Source: a virus (taxonomy: Duplodnaviria > Caudoviricetes). Taken from it: a DNA stretch of 40,875 nt. A program made the position numbers and the translations under genes. Shown here in pieces: positions 1-7,769 of this stretch; the first letter of the stretch is position 1; each line of letters starts with the position of its first letter. The notes below the pieces were generated by a model. The model was not told the origin of the DNA and did not search any database. It saw nothing but the letters and a program-made list of their open reading frames with translations. The stretch spans positions 1-40,875 of IMG/VR virus record IMGVR_UViG_3300031577_000188, one strand, 5' to 3'.

Positions 1-837
1 CTAATTCATGGGCCAGTGAGAGAAGTCTATTTGTGATTCAATTTGCCTTTCGAGTTTATTGGGTAAATGAGAAAAGAAATCTAAACCGGTTATGCTTTCT
101 ATATTGTCAATCGTTATGCAATAACTTCTAAGGTTGGCAACAGAACGCTCATTCTTAAAGATAAAACCGATAGCTCTCGGAGTCGGGAAAGGAGATAGTA
201 TTATTTTAAAGAATCCTGTTGGAACAGTAATCGAATTTCTTCCGATAGTCTTTGATTGCTTATCGACCAAAGGTCCACAAATAATGATCAGTACACTGTC
301 CGCTTTTGCCCAATCACGAATTTGGCTTTCCAGATCCTTCCATTTTCTTCGGTTTAGTTCCGGATGCTGAGGACAAACGTTGCTAAAGTAGAATGATTCC
401 TTCATTGCTACCTCATCCCATTTCATGTCTGCAGCCGGAGCCATGTGCCCTTTGTCAAAACCGCTACGAGCATAGTCCTTGTTGCTGGCACTGTTCCCGT
501 AAACGAAGGGATCGCTCATGAAACGATTATTTCTTTTTGCTTTACCAGTGAGTTCGGCTCTGGTAAGTTCATAAGAGACCCAATTTGGTAGTTTCCACGA
601 TTTATTGTATGAAACAATATACCCTCTATGCTTTATAACTTGTTCTTCTCGGGAAGTTGTCGCATTGGGAATCTCTAAGTTTTGAAGATTTTGTTTGTTT
701 AAAGTTGCGCCTTGATAGGTCTCTTGTCCGAATACTGGTAAATAGGAGAGAAAAAAGAGTTGAATCGCTATAAATAATATAGTGATAGTTGTAAAAGAGA
801 GACGTGTTACCTTATAAGGAAGTTCCTGCGGCTGCAT
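1..837 (-). CDS. DNA/RNA non-specific endonuclease (NucA/EndoG family), probably exported; lies outside the prophage
   Basis: His-Me finger motif DKGHMAPA, plus NVCPQHPELNRRKW and IESITGLDFF; hydrophobic N-terminal segment. The exact start is uncertain. Confidence 0.9.
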   Translation of the reverse strand: MQPQELPYKVTRLSFTTITILFIAIQLFFLSYLPVFGQETYQGATLNKQNLQNLEIPNATTSREEQVIKHRGYIVSYNKSWKLPNWVSYELTRAELTGKAKRNNRFMSDPFVYGNSASNKDYARSGFDKGHMAPAADMKWDEVAMKESFYFSNVCPQHPELNRRKWKDLESQIRDWAKADSVLIIICGPLVDKQSKTIGRNSITVPTGFFKIILSPFPTPRAIGFIFKNERSVANLRSYCITIDNIESITGLDFFSHLPNKLERQIESQIDFSHWPMN

Positions 838-838
838 G

Positions 839-883
839 AGCCGGTAGCCGGACTTGAACCGGCGACCTACGCGTTACGAATGC
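839..883 (-). other. 3' half of tRNA-Thr(CGT): prophage attachment-site remnant
   Basis: Minus strand reads GCA-TTCGTAA-CGCGT-AGGTC-GCCGG-TTCAAGT-CCGGC-TACCGGC-T (anticodon loop, T arm, 3' acceptor strand). The D arm and 5' acceptor strand are missing, replaced by phage-side DNA. Confidence 0.85.
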
Positions 884-955
884 CCTAAAGGGAATTCGGT
901 AACGTGCAGTGTATTAAGTGGTTACTACTCATTTTCATATTCTCGAAGATTCGTT

Positions 956-1240
956 TTAGTAAATTGGGGTTAAAGCCTCATTTGTTATATGTCCAATATT
1001 TTCCAATACTTCATCAATGAAGATCGAGCGGTAAGCGGGGCAATCAATCACCCCCTTATGTTTTGCTTCCCGGTAGACCTTGGCGAAAAGCTTGGCTTTT
1101 TCCTCTTCCGTCTCCGGCACTTCTTCAATCACCGTAGTGAGAAACTTACATCCCCATCCTTTGCAAGTAGGAGTGAGGGAACAGTATGCTTCATCGGTAC
1201 GGTTCTTGTTACACTGTGATATGCTATTTATCATCTTCAT
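956..1240 (-). CDS. Small Cys-rich hypothetical protein
   Basis: 94 aa ORF overlapping the end of the ORF6N gene; five Cys ([19 protein letters not shown]). Confidence 0.6.
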   Translation of the reverse strand: MKMINSISQCNKNRTDEAYCSLTPTCKGWGCKFLTTVIEEVPETEEEKAKLFAKVYREAKHKGVIDCPAYRSIFIDEVLENIGHITNEALTPIY

Positions 1241-1844
1241 AAGTTTTAAATCCTATTGGCTTACGTGGCGGCTTCTTCTTATCATCTTTCTGTTTCGCCG
1301 CTAATTGTGAAAGAGCAAGGTAGATATCATCAAGTTCCTTGCGATAATCTTCGCTAAGGTCATTAATGGCCTCCATTGTTTCTTCTCCTAGGCGTTCAAT
1401 CATTTTAAAGGCTTTTGGCCCCTGTTGCTCTAATTCCAATATTCTACTGCGAAGTTCTTTCATTTCATCCGTATTAGCTTCGCTGCTTAACACGTACTGC
1501 CTTACGCTGACGAATGCACGCATGATGGCAATGTTTACTTGTATTGCTAATGGTGAACGTAGTACACCTGATAACATTGCTACTCCTTGTTCTGTGAATG
1601 CAAAGGGTGTTGTAGGACTGAATTTTATATTATCAGGTAGGTTATCACAAAATGTGATAAGCTCTGTCCATTCTGATTTGCTCAGCTGAAACATGAAGTC
1701 TACAGGGAATCGTTCCATGTTTCTTTTTACTGATTGTTTTAAGGCTCTTGTTTCTACTTGGTAGAGTTCCGCAAGATCGAAGTCTAACATGACTTTTTCG
1801 CCTCTTATTTCGTATATCTTGTTTTGTATGATGGCTATTTCCAT
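1224..1844 (-). CDS. ORF6N (KilA-N-like) DNA-binding domain protein
   Basis: [45 protein letters not shown] and [16 protein letters not shown] are ORF6N signatures; C-terminal coiled coil ending PRKPIGF. Confidence 0.92.
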   Translation of the reverse strand: MEIAIIQNKIYEIRGEKVMLDFDLAELYQVETRALKQSVKRNMERFPVDFMFQLSKSEWTELITFCDNLPDNIKFSPTTPFAFTEQGVAMLSGVLRSPLAIQVNIAIMRAFVSVRQYVLSSEANTDEMKELRSRILELEQQGPKAFKMIERLGEETMEAINDLSEDYRKELDDIYLALSQLAAKQKDDKKKPPRKPIGFKTYEDDK

Positions 1845-1926
1845 TTATATTATAATATTACCACGGCTTTTATAAGTTACATTATATTATTCACTCTCAT
1901 TTCATTTATTCTTCTGCTGTATTGAG

Positions 1927-2544
1927 CTATATTTTCTTTATTAATTCAGTAGTGTTTTCATATATACTTGTATATCTTTCTTTTATTAATTGGTAAAATG
2001 AATGATTTTCTAATTCTTCTATCTTATAATTTTGTTGTATGCATTCAATATCGCATGCGTCGATCTTTTCAGTACGGTTAATTCTTTCAGTCAAGCCATC
2101 TACTAATGCTTCAAGATTATTAAGAGATGTATCAATTAATGTAATATTATTTGTTTCTAAAGATATATTTAAAGCTTTGAAAAAACATCCGAAAGCAGTA
2201 AATGGCTGCATACTGGCTAATGAAATGCCTGTAGCTATTTTTATAGAAGATTTCATGTTTTTTTCATTGATGATGCGTTCTTCTTTTGTCTTTTTGAGCT
2301 CGTTTGTTAGTGCTTGTTGCGTTTCTATTATAAGGTTTATCTTTTTGTTTGTTTCGAAATGGTTTACCAATTGAGACCCGATAAAAAGTGTAGTGCATAT
2401 CCCCATTAAACCCGCCATAAGTCCTACGAAAGTATCATTAGTAATGTATACATCTACTCTGAGCCAAGTAACGATACATGCGAGTAATGATAATATAAAG
2501 GCTGAGATTGATAGCCATTTTATTAATATGATCGTTTTTTTCAT
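1927..2544 (-). CDS. Hypothetical membrane protein (2 N-terminal TM segments + coiled coil)
   Basis: Two hydrophobic N-terminal stretches; AT-rich; in the repressor operon. Confidence 0.7.
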   Translation of the reverse strand: MKKTIILIKWLSISAFILSLLACIVTWLRVDVYITNDTFVGLMAGLMGICTTLFIGSQLVNHFETNKKINLIIETQQALTNELKKTKEERIINEKNMKSSIKIATGISLASMQPFTAFGCFFKALNISLETNNITLIDTSLNNLEALVDGLTERINRTEKIDACDIECIQQNYKIEELENHSFYQLIKERYTSIYENTTELIKKI

Positions 2545-2562
2545 AAGTAGATGTTTTAGTAT

Positions 2563-3126
2563 TTAAAATCCGTCTGAAAAACCTTTCTTTTTAGATAAAG
2601 CATCTTTAATTAGAGAATACTCTGTTTCAATAACTTTTCCTATCTTCTCTTTCTTGAAATCTTTATCAATAGGCTCTAGTGATGTTTCAAGACGTATTTT
2701 CTTTACTCCTTGCTTGATCTTGTCTATCTGTTCAGGTGTAATATTGAAAGATGGTGTTATCGTATAAGTGGTGTAAACATAGCCCGCAACATTATTCACT
2801 TTGCCTATTTTATCGGAATATTCTATGCTTGTATTAAGTTCTAATGCTGAGTCATCCATTAACTTTATTAGTAGTTTACCATTTTTAGGCACTGTAAGGG
2901 GAGTAGCTGCTGTCGCACTTAATAACATGCTGTATAACGTATTCCCAGTTTTGTTTTGCCCTGCGGATAAACCAACTCTAAACACAATTTTGTCGCTCAT
3001 ACTACGAATGTTTTCAAGTGAACAGATGATGAATCTTTCGCCATTTTCTGCTTTGTCAAGGTCAATCTTTTGTGCAAAGGCGTTCATGGAGCAGAGGACC
3101 ATGAATGCAAATAGAATCTTTTTCAT
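2563..3126 (-). CDS. Hypothetical exported protein
   Basis: Classical signal peptide MKKILFAFMVLCSMNAFA-Q; directly downstream of the repressor. Confidence 0.75.
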   Translation of the reverse strand: MKKILFAFMVLCSMNAFAQKIDLDKAENGERFIICSLENIRSMSDKIVFRVGLSAGQNKTGNTLYSMLLSATAATPLTVPKNGKLLIKLMDDSALELNTSIEYSDKIGKVNNVAGYVYTTYTITPSFNITPEQIDKIKQGVKKIRLETSLEPIDKDFKKEKIGKVIETEYSLIKDALSKKKGFSDGF

Positions 3127-3138
3127 GTTTTGTAAATT

Positions 3139-3894
3139 TTATAATCTTTTCATGCATCCAAGTACCTTAAATACTCTTAGGATGATTTTTATTGGTATAT
3201 CTTGTGGTTTATATTCGGGAGCTTTGTTTGTTGGTATCAGTCGAAAATATCCCTCTTTTTCGGATGCTGTAATTCGTTTCACTGTGCGGTGTTCTTTGGT
3301 CACTATGCCATAGATTTCGCCAAATGGTAGAAACTCCTGCCAGTCTACTACTTCCTTGAGAGCGATAATATCCCCGTGTGTTATTTCGGGTTCCATTGAA
3401 TGGCCCGTAATATTACACCAACAATCAGCCTCATTGTATTTTTTGAAATCAATGAGATATTCGGGTACTCTTGTTTGGTCGTTCAATATTAAGTCAAAAC
3501 CGGCAATGAAGTCTACATTATAATAAGGTACACCTATTCTGTAATTAACGAGAGGTTCTCTTACTGTTGTACATGCTTCCTCATTAGTGTATTCGAATAC
3601 TTCTTTTTTTTCCTGTATTTTCTCATTGACGGCGATACTAGAATTATCGTTCAGCATCTCACCTTCTCCTGTAAGAAGCCAAGTGGGATTGATTTTAGGT
3701 AGTTTGGCAAGTATTTTATCAAGAACGCTTCTTCCTACGCCTCTCTTTCCGCTTACCCAGCCGCTAGTAGTGGCCGTTTTTTCACCCATAAACTCAGAAA
3801 AGGATAAATTGCTATCATTGAAGAGATGTTTTCTTATCTCTCTAATCCTTTCAGATATTCCAGCATTTTCATTTTTGCTTATAATTTGCGCCAT
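3139..3894 (-). CDS. CI/LexA-like phage repressor (HTH + S24 peptidase)
   Basis: N-terminal HTH ending INPTWLLTGEGEM; S24 motifs GHSMEP and TVKR. ATG at 3894 preferred over TTG at 3900. Confidence 0.92.
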   Translation of the reverse strand: MAQIISKNENAGISERIREIRKHLFNDSNLSFSEFMGEKTATTSGWVSGKRGVGRSVLDKILAKLPKINPTWLLTGEGEMLNDNSSIAVNEKIQEKKEVFEYTNEEACTTVREPLVNYRIGVPYYNVDFIAGFDLILNDQTRVPEYLIDFKKYNEADCWCNITGHSMEPEITHGDIIALKEVVDWQEFLPFGEIYGIVTKEHRTVKRITASEKEGYFRLIPTNKAPEYKPQDIPIKIILRVFKVLGCMKRL

Positions 3895-3949
3895 TTGCAA
3901 GAAATAGTGTTAATTAAAGTTATCGATAAGCATAAATGCGAATAATATA

Positions 3950-3980
3950 TTTGCATTATTAACAAAACTGCTTATCTTTG
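3950..3980 (+). promoter_or_regulatory. Rightward early promoter (Bacteroidetes sigma-A type)
   Basis: TTTG (3950-3953), 19 nt spacer, TATCTTTG (3973-3980). Confidence 0.75.
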
Positions 3981-3995
3981 CATCATTCAATCACA

Positions 3996-4026
3996 CAAAT
4001 ATACAATGATTGATTGAATAAGCAAA
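3996..4026 (-). promoter_or_regulatory. Leftward repressor promoter
   Basis: Minus strand TTTG (4026-4023), 19 nt spacer, TATATTTG (4003-3996). Confidence 0.7.
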
Positions 4027-4054
4027 GAAAAAACAATACCTAATAAGGATTAAG

Positions 4055-4360
4055 ATGAAAAATAAGAAATACAATTTGTCCCAAATCATGAGAACAGCTC
4101 ATAGAAATTACAAAAGAGCTAATGGTGAAAAAACTTTTTCAGAATGTCTCGTGAACTCATGGAAATTAGCAAAACTTCAGGTAGCAATGAGCGGCGTTAA
4201 TGAAAATGCAAAGAAAGCGATGGAGAGAAGAAATGAAGCCATCCGTAATTTGCCAAAAGCTACTCCAAGCAAAGCATACAATGATCTTAATATTCCCGAA
4301 TCTGCATATTACAATCCTAATAGCACTGGCCTGCACGGTGCACACTACGTCGGAGACTGA
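4055..4360 (+). CDS. First early gene, hypothetical phage protein
   Basis: 101 aa ORF after the rightward promoter; basic N-terminus YNLSQIMRTAH...FSECL..SWK; no obvious Cro HTH. Confidence 0.75.
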   Translation: MKNKKYNLSQIMRTAHRNYKRANGEKTFSECLVNSWKLAKLQVAMSGVNENAKKAMERRNEAIRNLPKATPSKAYNDLNIPESAYYNPNSTGLHGAHYVGD

Positions 4361-4363
4361 CGG

Positions 4364-4850
4364 ATACAAATATTCCTGTATGGTCTTAGAACCTACCTTT
4401 TGATAGGGTACAGAGAGCAAAATGCGCATTGGCTTAGTTTTCGGTGCAATCCCTTTGAGAATGAGCCTTCCGGCAACGGAGAATCTGAAAGAGGATACGA
4501 GGTAAATTGAACCTTAATCAATCGCTTGGCAGCGTTAAGTCACCCAATACAATGAGGTTTTAATCTGCATTTACCCGCAAAGGGATATTGGGAGCAATGA
4601 GAGTTTGACTCATAAAACAAACAGGGGTCGTTTCCTCCCCGCAATGAAGGATTCCCTGAAAGGCTTGGAACTGGCAACAGAAGCAGACTTGAGTAGGGAT
4701 ACGGGTGCAGACCCGGAAAGCAATCGGTTACGTGTAACTGATATAATCTGCCGCAGTTCGTACTGAGAAAGGTACAACGGAACTCCGAAGCATACCCATG
4801 TAAACAGATAGTAGACATGTCCTTGATAGTAGTGGGTTAAAATGAAGCTT
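4364..4850 (+). ncRNA. Candidate large structured ncRNA
   Basis: No credible + strand ORF; many local hairpins (GCAA, UGAAA loops) and nested long-range helices, e.g. 4449-54/4695-700, 4535-41/4686-92, 4543-49/4586-92, 4440-44/4785-89, 4431-35/4845-49. Ends approximate. Confidence 0.65.
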
Positions 4851-4940
4851 AACAACAAGCCCCGAACGGTAGCAACATTCCGTCGTGAAACTGTGGTAGG
4901 TTATCGGGGCACAATTTAATCAATTAATAATATTAGAGTT

Positions 4941-5225
4941 ATGGGAAAAGTGAAAAACGTTCGACAGCTTGTCGAAAAAGCTGTTATGGACTCTATCGAG
5001 TTTTCTACTAGAAACAAAGGCCAAATCTTTGTTCAGTACAGTCCTCATGTGGATGCTGTTCTATTCCATGCGTATAAGAATGGATGGTCTATGGATAATC
5101 CAAATGCTCCAACTGATTTCAATTTTACTATTTATATCAAAGGTAATTTGAAGCCAACGATTCGAGAAGCAAAAGCGGCTTTAAAGTCTGTATATGATTT
5201 TATTAAGGAAGGAGGTGACAAATGA
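4941..5225 (+). CDS. Hypothetical phage protein
   Basis: 94 aa ORF with AT-rich leader; coupled to the next gene by an ATGA overlap. Confidence 0.7.
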   Translation: MGKVKNVRQLVEKAVMDSIEFSTRNKGQIFVQYSPHVDAVLFHAYKNGWSMDNPNAPTDFNFTIYIKGNLKPTIREAKAALKSVYDFIKEGGDK

Positions 5226-5422
5226 ATGAAACAATAGAAAGAAGGGATGTTTCGCCTGTTCTGCGAGAAATGGAAGTAGGCAGTGAAGAGGTATTCCCTA
5301 TTGAGCAACAACAAACGGTAGTCAACACGATTCAGCGTTTGCAGACAGAATTAATCCGTTCAGGTGCAAAGTGGTCACAATGCAAAAAAGGATTTGTTTG
5401 TGTGGCAAAAAGGATAGCATAA
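5222..5422 (+). CDS. Small hypothetical protein, possibly DNA-binding
   Basis: 66 aa ORF, overlap-coupled on both sides; LREMEVGSEEVFP motif. Confidence 0.7.
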   Translation: MNETIERRDVSPVLREMEVGSEEVFPIEQQQTVVNTIQRLQTELIRSGAKWSQCKKGFVCVAKRIA

Positions 5423-5811
5423 TGATGAATGCTTTGTCACCGGCAGAATGGCAGGTTGCAAATGAATATTGCAAGGGACTTACCGATAAGGAGGTGGCCG
5501 ACAATTTATGCAAATCAGTCTGGACCACCAAAACACAGAAACGGACAATATACAGGAAGCTCGGAATATCGAAAGATACCGAGCTTCTTTTGTATATGCT
5601 CTGTGAGAAAATGAAAAAGAATTTCGATCTGAAAGAAATTCGCAAACACGGGCTTGAGCTCTTGTTCAGTGTCTTATTCATTGTGATGCAGGTTACATGC
5701 CATAATGTTGATTTGAGAAGAATGAGAGGCAAAACGAATGCTCGTATAACTGCGAGGGCTAAAATTAGATCGGGAAAAAAGAATGAATTTGATTTAACTA
5801 CACTGATATGA
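5422..5811 (+). CDS. LuxR-type HTH transcriptional regulator
   Basis: LSPAEWQVANEYCKGLTDKEVADNLCKSVWTTKTQKRTIYRKLGI matches the LuxR C-terminal HTH; ATG at 5422 overlaps the upstream TAA. Confidence 0.85.
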   Translation: MMNALSPAEWQVANEYCKGLTDKEVADNLCKSVWTTKTQKRTIYRKLGISKDTELLLYMLCEKMKKNFDLKEIRKHGLELLFSVLFIVMQVTCHNVDLRRMRGKTNARITARAKIRSGKKNEFDLTTLI

Positions 5812-6128
5812 TATACCAAACAAATAATGAACTGAGGACAACGATACTCAATGACGGGACAGTAGAGGCAAAGCTTTGTGAGATACTAACGGTGATGAAT
5901 AACAAAACGTTCGGCCAGCGTGAATCTGCTGATATTGTTGGCGGGCGTGGGCGGCTCTTTAAGTTAGTGGCTGAGGGCAAAATACGTGCGGAGAAGCCTA
6001 CTAACAAGCAAAATGGTAAATGGTTTTGCAATGCTTCCGATGTGCTCCGCTTTGCCAGAAGATCGTATCGTAAACCTCGTAAATTGAAAAGAGATGGGAA
6101 AAGTAATAATAAACGTGCTAGTGCTTAA
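5808..6128 (+). CDS. Excisionase-like/winged HTH DNA-binding protein
   Basis: FGQRESADIVGGRGRLFKLVAEGKIRAEK...KWFCNASDVLRF resembles Xis/HTH_17 patterns. Confidence 0.55.
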   Translation: MIYQTNNELRTTILNDGTVEAKLCEILTVMNNKTFGQRESADIVGGRGRLFKLVAEGKIRAEKPTNKQNGKWFCNASDVLRFARRSYRKPRKLKRDGKSNNKRASA

Positions 6129-6276
6129 TTTGTTGGCATTGCCGTGCTTGGCGATGTTTAACGGAGAGAATCCAATAACGGGAGAATGGAACTGGTATTG
6201 GAATGTGATAGGGCTCATATATTCGGCATGGTTCTATCATCGCATTCTAAAGCCAATATTTAAACCCATGATGTGA
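6094..6276 (+). CDS. Small two-TM membrane protein
   Basis: 60 aa with two hydrophobic segments. Confidence 0.55.
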   Translation: MGKVIINVLVLNLLALPCLAMFNGENPITGEWNWYWNVIGLIYSAWFYHRILKPIFKPMM

Positions 6277-6356
6277 ATCACGGCGAATTGTGTTTTTCAT
6301 AGTATTTGATTTTTTTTAGCTTGAAAGTCCTACGTCAGGCGTGGCGTAGGCAAAAC

Positions 6357-6470
6357 GGAGAAGTGGCGGAATGGCAGACGCTCCACCCTAGTGCGTGGAA
6401 TTGGTTCCGATCGTGCCGGACGTTCACAATTGGTGTGTGACAAATGCAGGTTCGAATCCTGTCTTCTCCA
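6357..6470 (+). tRNA. Aberrant tRNA-like element (Leu-type D arm, 8-nt anticodon loop, greatly expanded variable region)
   Basis: Acceptor GGAGAAG/CTTCTCC+A; D arm GCG-GAATGGCAGA-CGC; stem TCCAC/GTGGA around CCTAGTGC; T arm GCAGG-TTCGAAT-CCTGT. Confidence 0.7.
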
Positions 6471-6600
6471 CAATGCAATATTGCAGATTAGTAAACAATG
6501 CCGCTGTAAAGGACAGCGTTCTCGTGAAAGCCGGGAATTAAGTTTTATAGATAAAGAATACATTTCATTTTAGCGGCCCTGCAGGCGTGCGGGGCAAAAC

Positions 6601-6669
6601 GGGCTATTAGTCAAAGGCAGACGTCGGAGTGTTTTTCCGAAAACAGCGGTTCGATTCCGCTATAGTCCA
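6601..6669 (+). tRNA. Short tRNA-like element (nominal anticodon GTT, non-canonical loop)
   Basis: GGGCTAT/ATAGTCC acceptor; GTC-AAAGGCA-GAC D arm; TCGGA-GTGTTTT-TCCGA anticodon arm; AGCGG-TTCGATT-CCGCT T arm. Confidence 0.65.
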
Positions 6670-6756
6670 CACCTCAGCGGAGGGAGTATTGATACAATTT
6701 TGAACTAGAACTATGATGATTGTAAAGCCTGTGAAGGTGTATAAAATCGACTGTAA

Positions 6757-6796
6757 TCCCGGTGTGGCTTGAATGCCTATCCGGGAACTTTTTTTT
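6757..6796 (+). terminator. Intrinsic terminator-like hairpin before the recombination genes
   Basis: TCCCGG...GGC-TTGAAT-GCC...CCGGGA followed by a T8 run. Confidence 0.6.
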
Positions 6797-6833
6797 GATT
6801 CATTTTATTTATTAACCCACAAAATTATTAATC

Positions 6834-7769
6834 ATGGGACTTATTAAGAAACCGACCGAGCTGATGGTCAAAAGTACAATATCAGCACTTATCTACGGAC
6901 AACCGGGTATTGGTAAAACAACGCTTTCCTTGAGTTCACCGAATCCGGTTTTATTTGATTATGATGGTGGTGTACACCGTGTGAATGCTGCACATCGTAT
7001 GCCAACGGTACAGATCACTTCATGGGATGAAACGAATCAGGTTATTGCCTCGGAGGACATTAAAGAGTATAGCACGATTGTGATTGATACGGCCGGTAAG
7101 ATGCTTGACTTTATGAGTGCGGATATTATTGCTCGTTCAAAGAATAAAACACCGGGCCGAAAGTTGGCATTGAATGAATACGGCGAACGTAAGGCTATGT
7201 TCATCGCATTTCTCAAAACTGTTTCGATGATGGGTAAAAACGTTGTGTTTGTAGCTCATGAACGTGAAGAAAAGAACGGTGAGGAAAAGCAGATCAGGCC
7301 GGAGATTGGCGGTAGCTCTGCCGGTGATTTGATTAAGGAACTCGATCTTGTCGGGTACATGGAAGCTATCGGGAAGGAGAAAACGATTTCTTTCGATCCT
7401 TGTGAAAAGTTCTATGGAAAGAATACCTGTAATCTTCCTTCTGTGATAAAGATTCCGGTTATCATTGATGCAAACGGAAGTATAACCGGCCGTAATACAT
7501 TTATGACCGACATCATTTCAAAATACACTGAATATCAGGCTAGGCAGACGGAGCTTTCAAGTGATTATGAATCTTTGATGGATGTGATCAAGGAGAACAT
7601 AGAGCTTGTAACGGATGAAGTTTCGGCCAATGATGCTCTTACCCGTATTGGCGAATTTCAACACATCTTTGATAGTAAGGTGCAGGCTGGCACACTCTTG
7701 AATGATAAATGTAGAAAGTTAGGATTGAAATACAATAAATTATCAAAGAAGTATGAACGTGCGGCCTGA
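6834..7769 (+). CDS. AAA_24 ATPase (Sak4-like phage recombinase)
   Basis: Walker A YGQPGIGKTT, Walker B TIVIDT, and FVAHE...DLVGYM. Confidence 0.85.
   Translation: MGLIKKPTELMVKSTISALIYGQPGIGKTTLSLSSPNPVLFDYDGGVHRVNAAHRMPTVQITSWDETNQVIASEDIKEYSTIVIDTAGKMLDFMSADIIARSKNKTPGRKLALNEYGERKAMFIAFLKTVSMMGKNVVFVAHEREEKNGEEKQIRPEIGGSSAGDLIKELDLVGYMEAIGKEKTISFDPCEKFYGKNTCNLPSVIKIPVIIDANGSITGRNTFMTDIISKYTEYQARQTELSSDYESLMDVIKENIELVTDEVSANDALTRIGEFQHIFDSKVQAGTLLNDKCRKLGLKYNKLSKKYERAA

Noticed and set aside
4166-4858. Minus-strand ORFs 4166-4429, 4540-4818 and 4610-4858
   Set aside because: Antisense to the early operon, mutually overlapping and with atypical composition; better explained by structured RNA.
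4364-4910. Group I/II intron or RNase P RNA as the identity of the structured region
   Set aside because: No interrupted gene, no group II domain V, no group I P7 consensus and no GAGGAAAGUCC; only short RNase P-like words (ACAGAGAGCAAA) are present.
6470-6760. Theta/HDV-like or other self-cleaving ribozyme after the tRNA-like elements
   Set aside because: Could not build the nested double pseudoknot, or hammerhead/twister cores, by eye; a motif search is still worthwhile.
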